Source: Dimorphilus gyrociliatus (Eukaryota > Animalia > Annelida). Taken from it: a stretch of DNA of 64,000 nt. The translations under genes were made by a program, and so were the position numbers. The notes under the pieces are model-generated. The model worked only from the letters and a program-made list of their open reading frames with translations, was not told the origin of the DNA and ran no database searches. The stretch covers positions 957,479 through 1,021,478 of the forward strand of contig CAJFCJ010000017.1 of NCBI GenBank assembly GCA_904063045.1. The letters run 5' to 3'. Numbering within the stretch: position 1 is the first letter of the stretch; each line of letters begins with the position of its first letter. Positions 1-11,146 of this stretch are shown here, piece by piece.

Positions 1-27
1 TCTCCTCATAACACATAGTTTTTACAG

Positions 28-3000
28 ATTTGGGTAGGAATATTATCTCGACAACGTTTAGTGGACAAGCTGACTATCTGTTGACTAAAAGAGAAAAACA
101 ATTATTTAGAACTTCACTGATAAATTACAATTTGCATCATAATATTCAATTATTAGTTGGGGAATTAGAGAGAGTTTTGGATACAAATTCAAAGAAACAG
201 CTATGGCGATATATTATCCAAAGGATGACACCAGATCATCAAATTTATGTGCTAGAGAGAATCTCCTTACCAAGAAAAGCTATTACGCCAACGAGCAGGT
301 CCATGCAAGATGCCGTAACCGAATTGGCTCACAATCCGTCCAGAAAGTTAGCACCGAATAGTAATTGGTCGTTATTTAAGCAGAAAATAGACTTTTTACT
401 AACACCAAATGAAAGACATGCTTTAAAACTTTTACTGCAAAATTACGCCAACCTTCGCCATGTAGAAAATTTATTAGAAAGTTTACAAAAGCTCTTTGAT
501 ACGCCATCTAAACGCTCCTTATGGAAATTTGTACTGCCCCTACTCTCTGAAAAAGATAGGCGATATTGCATTTCCAGACTTCGAAATGGTGGTATACGTT
601 CCTCAACGCCAGTTAGAAATTCATTTAGAGAAGCATCCCCCAGGGAAGGAGATGTTACTTTTCAGTCAAATTCTTATTATTACGGGGGTGGCAATACTTT
701 AATAAGTACAGCGCCTAACTCGTCCTTTCAGGTATAACTTAAATTGACTATTATAACATTTTTTGAATAACAAAGATATTTATTATATTTCCTCAACGAC
801 AGTCGGACGATTCGTCTAACATTACCAGATCAACCGTTAGACGCCGTAGTGTGGATAGTTCTAATAGTTTGGGATTTCATAATCAAGACGGAGAGGTATC
901 CGTCGTCACGGTTCAGCCTGATATTGTTGTTGATAAGAAAGAAGTTTCTGAAAGTGCTACTCAAACAGATGATGGTCATAGAAACTATCGAACTTTGGTT
1001 AGACTGCGCAGTCGGCCGGAAGAACAAGCTGATATAGTCGAAATGGATGATGATGAATTTCTAACAAGCCCAAATTTCTCCGAAATAGTTCATTCAAAAC
1101 CGCTTATGCAGTCGGCAAGTATTCAAACTGAGTTGGTTCCTATAATCGAAAAACCTAGTGATTCAGAGGAACTTGAAGACAGCCAATCAGAATCGTATAT
1201 GTATGCTAGAACCATGAGTGCCCTAAGAGTACTAGATGACGCTGTAGCGGACGAGCTGACAGATGATGTAGATACTCCAAATGAAGCTTTCGTACCTCCT
1301 GCACCCCCTATTCCACCCCCTCCACCACCACCTCTACCAGTAACTGTCAACAACACCGGTCCACCTGGTGTTAAAAGGATCAATTGGGAAAAAATTGAGA
1401 ACATAGACGAAAATTCTCTATGGGCTCAAATACCCGAAGCGAATATGGAATTAGAAGATGTAGTTAAATTTTTAGAAATAGAACAACAATTTAGCACCAA
1501 GAAACTAAATATAGGTAGGCGTAATACAGAAGCTATATATTAATCATATCTAAAATAATATCTAACTGTAATCCTTCTATATTTATAACTAAAATCAATA
1601 GCACTAAAGAAACGTCAGCCGAGAATAACTATTTTAAATGCAAAAAAGGCCTATAACATCTGTGAGTTAGAGTCCTTTTATTTTATGCCATTAGCTATAC
1701 AGACTTATGCATTTTGATAGCGATTCTACTTGGACAATTAAAGAAATCAGCCCCCGAACTAAGGGAGTCTTTATTGATGATGGATGATAATACGTTATCA
1801 GCTGATTTACTTAACCAATTACTTATGTTTTTACCAGATGCAAACGAGGTTGTTTAAATAATTAAATATTCATAAAAAGATTCTATTTATTTAAATTATG
1901 AATAGAAAGAACATTTTAATCAATTTACTGGTAAATTAGAAGATCTAAGCATACCTGATCAATACATATACGAAGTAAGAAATATCTAAAAGTATCCCTG
2001 CACTGTAGATAAATATTAAGATATAAGGCTTCTTTAACAAAATTTATTCCTATTTGTATATTTACTATTTTAAAAAAGATATCTCGAATACCATCGTATA
2101 AGGAAAGATTACGAGCTCTCTCCTTTAAGAACGTTTTCCCAGAACGAATACGAGAACTTCAAAGCCATTTAGAATGCATTCAAAAAGCGTCTTTGGAACT
2201 ACAAATTAGTAAAAAATTAGCTAAGGCTTTAGAGGTAAAGTTTATAATTGATTGAAATATCTGGTGACTACTCTCAATTTTTTGACATATTTTCATTAGC
2301 TCGTCCTTGCTATAGGGAATTATATGAACAAAGGAAATGCAAGGGTTGGTCAAGCTGTTGGTTTTAAAATATCCTTCCTATCTCAGGTAACAATTTATAG
2401 ATATTTAAGTTATACAGTATAATTTATCACTTTCTCGTCTTTTAACTAAAAATTTTTAGTTGGAGATGACTAAGACTAGTGACAAAAAGGGTACATTCTT
2501 GAACGTTCTGGCGGAAGCTTTAAATTCTAAATATCCTCAGTTAATCGATTTAAGATCAGACCTTCCATCTATCCCATTGGCAGCAAAAGGTAATTGATTT
2601 ACTATTGATTTTTACGTCATTATTTTGCTATTTTTACTTACATCAAATTCACGGTTTTTTTTTCATTACTAACTTAAAAACAAAAAAAATTCACTTCAGT
2701 TCCATGGTCTAAAGGTTCGTTTAGTTGGGAGGTGCAGTGTTTCTCATTCTTTTTTCTGCTCCATTATATTAAGCACATTCTTTTTCAATTAGTAAATGTT
2801 TTCATAAAAAACATCACTATATATTACTCTTTCCTCTGTTATATGTAATTATCTATTATTCTACAGTATCCCTCGTTGGAATAAAACAGGAAATCGACGA
2901 AATTAAGGAAATCTTAAGGGTATCCAGTTACATTTTACTTCACTAAAACTTACTCAAAGGAAATATCCTTTTTGTATAATTTAGGACAGCCATACAGCTG

Positions 3001-3470
3001 TAGCAGTACATGGTGAAACAGCATCAAATAATCAAGGGCCTGATAGATTTCAAAGCGTTATGCAGGTAGACAAAAGAAAGAGGACGAAAGCTTTTTATCA
3101 CCTCAAGAGTAAATCTATCTTTTTTAGGCTTTCCTTAAAGAAGCAAATGAAACTTTAGACGACATCACGTCCAAACATCAGCGAACTATAGACGACTACA
3201 ATAATATGCTCAAGTATTTCGGCGAGGAGAACGGTGAGAATAAGAGCGAAATTTTTGAAATAATGACCAACTTTGTTAGCAAATTTGAGGTAACATTTTG
3301 TTGTTTTTAATAACGCTATTCCAGCAACATTCCAAATAAAATTTTCTCAATAATTAACTTAGGAGGCGCATAAAGAAAATTTAAGAAAGAATTATCATAA
3401 GAATTTTTCATCTCCAAGGATAACTAAAACTGAATACAAACGGCAGACTCGTCTAAAACCGAATAATTAA
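28..3470 (+). CDS. GRID2IP: Delphilin-like formin (two harmonin-N-like repeats, short FH1, FH2); 5' end lies upstream of the window
   Basis: ORF 30-737 has two similar helical repeats (LLTKREKQLFRTSLINY..LERVLDT..KKQLW / LLTPNERHALKLLLQNY..LQKLFDT..KRSLW). In-frame splice 731/803 leads to polyproline FH1 (PPAPPIPPPPPPPLP) and FH2 start (GVKRINWEKI). About 9 further GT-AG exons give FH2 motifs ILNAKKAYNI, LAIGNYMNKG and GFKISFL; stop TAA 3468-3470. An acceptor AG at 26-27 shows the gene continues upstream. Confidence 0.85.
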
Positions 3471-3816
3471 TGTTTCATTTTGTGTATAAAACATATTGTG
3501 CGTCCTTAGAAAGCAAAAAAAAAAAGAAAATATCTTACGTTTAAAAAGCACTGAATGGATTGACACTTGTAGAATAAATGTACAAGTTAGAAATTTTGAC
3601 AACATTATACACTCGCGTAATATAGACAAATGAAAAAACTTAAAAAGATATTTACAACTTACATATAAAATCGACAATACTTTGTTCTTTTAATTTACAG
3701 ATATTAAATTTCGTCTGCAGACGTTTTCTAAACTATAGCTTATCTTCACTATAAATGAGAAAGCTCAGATATTGTCACTTATCAGTTTTTTTTATTAATA
3801 TGCTAAGACCAATGTC

Positions 3817-6800
3817 TTATTCTTTTTTTCCGTTGCACATTTGCATCATTTTCGAAATTTTCGCCATCGATTGCAATCCTGAGACGTTGGCTGCAGTCTA
3901 TTTGTAAAAAAAATATTTGATTATTAAAAATTTGTTATCTTCAAAAAAATTAAATCTATCTTGCTCACAGTCAAGGATAAGAAGCCCATTAGTTTATTAA
4001 GCATATACACAAGGGGTGTAAAATCATTATTAGGCAGTCTATTTCGTAGAACACTTTGAAGATGCTAAAATAGAAAATAATCGTTGTTATTAAACAAAAG
4101 AATATTTTAAGGATGTTTACCTCATCACTTTGGATCATACATCCAAGAGCTAATGATATAAAACCGGCCATTACGCATTCCTCCATATGTTTATCAGCAA
4201 ACTTCAAACCTACATATAATAAACGACAGCTGTAATATATAACAAATAAAATCATTCAAAAATCACTGACATTTAGTAAAATTCGTTTCTTCATCATCCA
4301 AGTCTCGTCCCAGAGGTTTTGTTTTTTTCTTAACAGTAGTTTGACCGGTACTTGGCAGCCACTGCAATCCATTTTCGTCATCTTTCCAAACTCCACTAGT
4401 TTCCATTGGACTCGTTTGTAAATTCGTTGCTTTCTCTCTTTCTTTATCTTGCTCCTCGACTACTTTGTCAGCGGCAGCTTCTTTTTCAAAGAAACTTTCT
4501 ATAAGAGCATCATAGAATTCCATGGTATTTCCGGAAACTGAAATTCGTCTTGTAAACATCTTTTTCCTGTTTGGCTCATGATGTTCGCAAATATTTAAAA
4601 CAACGCTTAAAGAGCAAACTGTCACTTCAAAAACTTGTGAGCGTGTCAGAAATGAGTTTGCTGAGAAAATGCATTGAAATAAGGCATCAGGAATCCGCGG
4701 CTTTTGCACGCAAAGCTGGCTGGAAACTTGACTGTTATGCGTTATGTTCATGAGCATACCCAGACTTGATGATAAGCAGGAATACACAGATGAAGAATTA
4801 GACATGGTCCCTTTGGACAGAGTATTTAAGCAGATGAATAGAACACTGCAAAAAATGATAAAGACTTGTATTTCCGTATGGCTAAGAGAGAAATCTAAAT
4901 AAAATTTTAATACTTGGCAACGGCTGGAATGATTTGATGATTGTTAAAATCAACGATAAATTTCTGATTTGCTTCTCTATTATATGATAACTGAAAAAGA
5001 AATTACTTTTATATAAATTACACGGAAAAAGTTTTTAAAATCTAAAAAAAATTACGTTTTCGATTAGCTTAATTATTTTAGCAAGCTTTTTAAACAAAAC
5101 CGATTTTTCAGAATTTTGCGCTGCTTCCAGGGTGTCCAGTCTATCGATTAGCTCAAAAACTGTAAAATTCAAAATTCGTTTCTGAACTTATTGCTATATA
5201 GATATCTTACCAATATTTAGCACGTATTCTAATCCACCACCTGTACGAACACAGTCTTTAAATTCATCTTTCACGTTTTGATTAGTCCAACTCAGTAAAC
5301 TTTCCAAGATCAGACTAGATGCATTCAAGTCATTCACCACCCAAGACTGGGTATTGCTAAATAATTTATCTTCTGAATCTTTAATTTTTTTCAGTGTTTT
5401 CTCATAGTCTTTACAATTAAGAATATCGGGTTTCGTGACAAGTAACTTGTTGAGCAATTCTAACCAAGGTCTATCTAACTCTAATTTGCGTCTATCACGT
5501 GAAAGGAGAAAAAATAAAGCCGCTGTACATAATCCCAAAGAAGGGAAATCGGCAGAATCAGATAACAATTCCAGTACTTTTGACAACGTTTCATGAGCTC
5601 TCAAATGCATTCGAAAAGCAGTTATACAACTTTTGGTAATCAGTTGCGTGGCTGAAAGACATCGGACATTGAGAGAACTCTTGGGCGATAACGAATGCAA
5701 TATATAAGCTATATCAGTTTCGAAATCATCAGTTTCACCATGTTCTAGACATTCATGAGCACCACGGACCTCCTTAACAACTGTATATACTGGTTTATGT
5801 TCTCTAGTAACTTTAAGTTTCGAACTTTCATTATCGAAATCTAATTGAGAAGTTACTTTTCTTAATCTTGGTTCTCTATTTGAGGTAACAGTCACAGGAT
5901 CGTCATCAAAATCATAGGCTGAGGGTTCCTTACTCGGCAAGTTTCCTGGGGCGGATAGTTCAGGGGAAGCCATGTCCTTTAGAAAAGATAAAACATAAAT
6001 ATCCATGGTAGACTACATACAATAAACATAAAAATTTTAAACAAATACTAACTTCTTCCTCGGGTTTCCAAATACAATAATTATATTTATACTTTTTCGG
6101 GCTAGTTGAAAAGATGCGCCTGTTGGCCTTCTTCTCGCTGGCTTTTAATGCGGAACAACTTAAACTTCGCTTTAAATTATCGTTTGAATTGTCTTTTAGG
6201 CTTTGAACAGCTGGTGGGTTCAAAGACGTTGCGGCTTTCTTTAACACCAGGGGAGGTTTATGGTCGTCCATAAAGTCATTCGACTCTGTAGTTTTGTCTT
6301 TCATTTCATCACTTTCATTATTCTCTAATCGAATACGTTTTTTTGGTGAAGGAATACATGCAGAGTCGTCATCAGTGGATCGCTGTTTAGAGACTTCTTT
6401 AATAGGAGAAGTTGTGAAGAATTTTTTTGTTTTTGTCGCACATGACGTAGTTTTCGTAACAGGTATAGTATATTCCTCTGCTTTACCAGGTCTATCATAT
6501 GGTTTCGATTTGCCTGACGACTTTGTTGGGGCTTTATTCGATGTGGCCCCGATATCAGATGAGGATTTACCAAATTTCCTAGGTGATTTTCGTTTTTTAG
6601 GACTATCTTCACCTCCTGATTCGAAACTAAATGGATCGGAATCCTTAGCTGGTGGAGGAGTAGATGTTGATTTTCTAACACTTGTAAACGACTGTTTTCC
6701 CCATAATCCAACAGCTGCGGCCGCTTTGCAAGCCTTAGGACCTTGCTTATCATCATTCTTCAGCATCTCCTCGAATAACTTTGTCGATTCGCACTGCTTG

Positions 6801-6844
6801 CTATTTCTTTTCCCGTAGGTTCGATATACCTTTGAAGAAGACAT
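3817..6844 (-). CDS. WAPL: Wings apart-like cohesin release factor, 8 coding exons by manual splicing
   Basis: N-terminal YRTYGKR (YSR-like motif) and F/YxF motifs (DPFSF, YDF). WAPL domain GETDDFETDIAYILHSL..NVRCLS..AFRMHLRAH; later exons LGMLMNITHN and KHMEECVMAGFISLALGC. All joins are GT-AG and in frame; stop at 3817-3819. Confidence 0.93.
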
Positions 6845-7108
6845 TCTCCTGTTGTTTATAAGAATACTTTCCCTGTGTAATTATCAATTATCCAGCATCG
6901 CTGTAGCGGTAGCAAACAATGAGACTAGTCCACAGCTAAGTTTAGGTGCATCTGAATCACTAAGATCAAAAAATAGATTCACTATCCAATACAACACAGA
7001 CGTTTTGAGGGAAAAAACTTGAACGTTTTTAAAGATGATACAATATTAACATTTTAAACCAATGGACACGAGCAGTAGACAACCGCCATCATTAATTTAA
7101 ATTGGTAA

Positions 7109-7119
7109 TGCGCATGCGC
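7109..7119. promoter_or_regulatory. NRF1-type palindromic motif in the WAPL upstream region
   Basis: TGCGCATGCGC in a locally GC-richer patch about 270 bp upstream of the WAPL ATG. Confidence 0.5.
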
Positions 7120-7403
7120 GGCCAAAGATGAAGAGTATTTCCTCTCGAAATTGCCTCCACCTAGTGTGTATTTGCTCTAGTAATTTAAAAGATATTTCAA
7201 TTCATTTTGTAATAATGAGATAATATGTTATTTATTTAAGAATGATATTGTTGTAAATTTTATCATCTTTTTTTTGTATATCTAGAAATATGATTCACTG
7301 TTGATTTTCACATATTATGAGGAAATGTTAGTTTTTACGATCCAATATATGTAGACAGTGCAAGTTAAAAAAAACTCTTTCCAAGATGTAAGTCCTGTCA
7401 TCT

Positions 7404-8007
7404 CTATCCAGAAGTTCCACCACCTGTAGCACCAGCACTAGCAGCCGCAGCTTCCTTTTTCTTTTGCTTCTCCCTCATAATATCGGCATCTCTGAGTAAG
7501 AGAGATTCATTATATTATTGATTAAAATTGTTCTAAGGATTATTCAATATTTCGGCTTTCTTTCATTTTAATGAAAACTTACCTCTGCTTTCTAGCTTCT
7601 AAAGTAACACCTTTGTTTCCATCCTTACCAGTTGCAGTCGCCTGCTTCTTGCTTTGTTGTTGTTTTTTAAGATTTTTTTGCCTGGCGAGTTCACGCTGAT
7701 TTCCTCCTGTTAAAATATTAAGCATGAAATATGTCACCGAGACATACCTTATTCAAATAACGTGTTAAAATAGTATAATTACTCGTAAATCTCGTTGTAA
7801 TAAAAGTCAATCGCTTCTTCAAAGAAATCCTTCCGGAAAACTATACACAGAAAATTCAGCAAGATATTGCATTGCATATCAAGTCATTCACTCTTATTGC
7901 ATAACACGATCACATTAATTTCACCCTTTTATCTATTTTAAACACTTCTACTCAAGGATGAAATTTTTCAAAGACTTAATGTTTAATTGGAAAAACTTAC
8001 GGGTCAT
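7404..8007 (-). CDS. SERF: Small EDRK-rich factor (SERF/MOAG-4), 3 exons
   Basis: ATGACCC|GTAAGT first exon (8007-8001) spliced to give MTRGNQRELARQKNLKKQQ..LEARKQRDADIMREKQKKK; stop TAG 7404-7406. Confidence 0.92.
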
Positions 8008-8648
8008 TTTAGTGTGCCCTATGTACTTCCTGGAGTTGTTTTTCTTCGCGCTAGTGGCGGGTGTTAAAAGAACTAAAAATGGCGATTTATTGTTGAGGAG
8101 CAATCTCAGATAGGAAACCCTACTAATTGAGCTGTTTTGGTTTGGCGCCATCTATCCATTGGTTATTTAAGAAAAATTCTATAAATGGCGGCATATTTAA
8201 AAAAATTAATTTAATATTTCTAAATTATTACGCAATAGAAAGATCACACCATTAACGCAAATTTACCTTTCATCATTGAACAGAATAATTTATTATTCAT
8301 TCCTACTTTGAATAAATACATTAAGGCGAAAGTTTACATATCGATCAATGTCAAAAACATATCATAAAACATTCTACTCTTTAACTGTTTGAGTCACAAC
8401 AAAAGCAGAACTCTCCTATTATCCCACCAATCTCGCCTTTCTCATAGTAATATAAGCCCACGTGTTCAAAAATGTTTGGTAGTGCCATCTATTAATATTG
8501 TGTAATTGCAAAACGAAAACGAGACTTCGATGAGCAAAAATCATATTCGTTGGGATCCGAAATACGTTGCAGATAACATAATTAGTGTGACTCAACTCAT
8601 CAATTCAATAACAGTCCGTCGCTCTCTCTATAGACTAAAATATTCAAA

Positions 8649-9028
8649 ATGCCAGATTTGATAACCACATTGAGTAAGGACAAGCCAATTCAGACAACAG
8701 CAGAAGAATCCCTTGCGCCTCAAAATTTCTCTCCAACTGCTGAAGTTTACTTACTTCCACAAAAACCAGTGGTATGGAGAAGTTTCTTTGTTTTTATTGG
8801 CCTTGCTGCGATTGTATTGATATATTTTGGTATAAGAGCAATACGGTATGTTAACAACATTTCTCTATTGTAGAATATTATAATTCAAACATACTTTTCT
8901 TTCTTTATAGTCTAAAGCGTAAGAAGTCAAGAAAATATGGAGTGTTAACCAACACTGATATGGAATTGACTCCTTTAGACGCCGAAGATGAAGATGATAT
9001 GACTCTCTTCGATAGAACAAGAAAGTGA
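8649..9028 (+). CDS. FAM174: FAM174 (DUF1180) single-pass membrane protein; an upstream exon is possible
   Basis: A TM segment (SFFVFIGLAAIVLIYFGI) is spliced to RLKRKKSRKYGVLTNTDMELTPLDAEDEDDMTLFD, the typical FAM174 cytoplasmic tail. Confidence 0.85.
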
Positions 9029-9824
9029 TAGTCATACTTTTTACATTGAAACTTTTTAATCAATTACTCATGAAAGTTGTTCCTCTTCTGGGTATTGTAC
9101 GTTCTGCTTTAAACGGCTCTGGTTAAATTTGATAATCGGGCAACTTTATTGTAATTTGAACTAAAACAAAAAACAAGAAATGATTATCATTAAACAAAAA
9201 ATATTTCTTTTTCATCTGCAGTCCTTAACTGTTTTTCTTTGTTTAAAAACATCTTTTCAATATCTTCACTTGAAAGAAGCAGAAGAAGAAAAGAAAGATA
9301 TTATTCTATTCATATATAATATACAAATCGTCTACTAGACTGTTTTCGCTTTTTAAAGAAAGACTTACTTAAAAGAGTGAAAAAAATTAAATGTGTGAAT
9401 ATGTCAATTTTTCTTGTTTTTTGTTTTCGTCTTTTTTATTAACGCTTATTTTAAACACACTTTTGCTTGAAAAAGACTATTAACCAATATTACGTTGTTA
9501 AAAAATCTTGATAATTTGGTAAATTTTTAGTTTATGATTGCTAAAAATTGCCTTCAATAAAAATCTTTCTGGTCATTTCCTTCCGATTCTGTTCTTAACT
9601 ATAAAACTTTAAGACAATCTGCTCTTTCTATTCAAATCAACAGCTAAGTGTGTGTAAAACAGGTATATTTCGCTTTTTCTTTTGTCAGCCTAGCACACTG
9701 TTTATAACCTATAAACGATAGAGGGCGTTCTATATGTTTGAGCTGCTAGTTCTTTCATTCCTCAATATTTTGTTATACTGTTACCTTCCTTACCCTGACG
9801 AACCTTTAGTATTCTACATAAGTT

Positions 9825-10649
9825 ATGGCTTTGCAGAAGTTGGCAAACAATCGTTTGCAGAATGCTGTGACAAATGAGGTAAGCTTTTATAATATATTGA
9901 GTTTTCGTCTTGGGTCTTTTTTAAAGAAGAGGTTCACTTATTAGGTCGTCGAAATGCAATCGCTTTGGACAAATAGAAATGTCATCATTTACTTTATGAG
10001 AAGGTTTGGATGACCTTTGTGCAGGCTCTATCTGCGGCAGGTTAGCATTATCTGTTTTTAGAGTTAACTCTAGGATGGATATGATACTTTACAGATCAAT
10101 TTATTTAGCTTTCAGAAGCCACAGATCTTCTACGGCAGCATAATACAGCAATTGCTGTTATCAGCGTTCTTGATAATGAAACCAGCTATAAAACCTTTAT
10201 GGATGAGGAAGATAATTCCAATAAAGGTGATCAAGTTAATTTTTGTTTTAAAATACAAAAAATGAACTTTTCTTTAATTGCTTACAGAGATTTATATTGC
10301 TGATGAAAAGTTATATAAAGATATTGGCTTCACTTCTCTAACTAAATGCCAGTATTGCTGTAACGCTTGTACATGCTGTTGCAGAGGAATAATATGCAAT
10401 CAAGTTTGTAAAACCTTTTCTGCCGGAGTTGGAGGTGATTTGAGAGGTAACATACTCAGAAATGGGGGTATGCTGGTAATCAAAGACGGAGAAATTGTTT
10501 TAAGCCTCATACAATTAGGACCCGAAGATCATCCTGAAGTTTCAGAAGTTTTAAAATCTTTAGGAATTGAAGAAAAGATATCTCCAAAAATCGTTTCGAA
10601 GCAACCTAAATTGGTTTGCAATGATGAATTTTGTCAGATACGAAAGTAA
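9825..10649 (+). CDS. PRXL2B: Selenoprotein U family / PRXL2B (FAM213B)-like thioredoxin-fold protein with in-frame UGA (Sec41), about 209 aa, 4 exons
   Basis: Exons 9825-9878, 9945-10040, 10109-10226, 10288-10649. Exon 2 reads SLWTNRNVIIYFMRRFG-TGA(10011-10013)-PLCR, where the family has RRFGCxxCR. C-terminal GDLRGNILRNGGMLVI..EVLKSLGI matches PRXL2B. SECIS present in the 3'UTR. Confidence 0.9.
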
Positions 10650-10705
10650 TCTTCAAAAGTCACAAAACAATTTCAATTAAAATAAAATAGCTTGTTTGAA
10701 AACAC

Positions 10706-10758
10706 CAGTATGACGCAAAGTAGAAAAACCTTAAACGGATCTACTTTTGCTGACGATA
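10706..10758 (+). promoter_or_regulatory. SECIS element (type II-like) in the 3'UTR of the SelU/PRXL2B gene
   Basis: ATGAC (10710) / TGAC (10751) non-Watson-Crick core; helix GCAAAGTAG pairs with CTACTTTTGC (one bulge); apical AAAA followed by a CC/GG mini-stem. Confidence 0.88.
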
Positions 10759-11146
10759 ATATTACATTAAGGTTGTTTGTCAACAAGTTATTTCATTATT
10801 AATTGAAATTGTATCTAATGCGTTGTAATGTTTATCTGTTGCATGTATCTTTAATTAGTCTATTTGCAAAAATTAAATACGAAAGTAAGGTAAAAAAGGA
10901 GTTGAAAGGCTTTATGTAAAATAGAATAAAAGAGAAATTACGACTTAATATAATTTACTTCCTTGCATATATTTCTATGCAATAAATATTTCTAACGAAT
11001 AAATTAATGAAACATAAAACAGCATGTATTAGATATTTTATTATTAATACTCAGGGACACATTAACAAACATAAGCATTTACTTTAATCTGATTATGCAA
11101 GTTAATTATTGTTATCCTATATTAAGAGCCAAAATATTTTCTGCAA

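Noticed and set aside
2921-2985. Formin intron starting GTATCC (U12-type?)
   Set aside because: It continues AG rather than TT and has no TCCTTAAC branch site; treated as U2-type.
6294-6818. 174-aa plus-strand ORF and 143-aa alternative-frame ORF
   Set aside because: Antisense and shifted-frame shadows of WAPL exon 1; no recognisable motifs.
7948-8151. 67-aa ORF that includes the SERF start
   Set aside because: It reads through the GTAAGT donor into the intron; the real CDS starts at ATG 8007. An N-terminal extension is unsupported.
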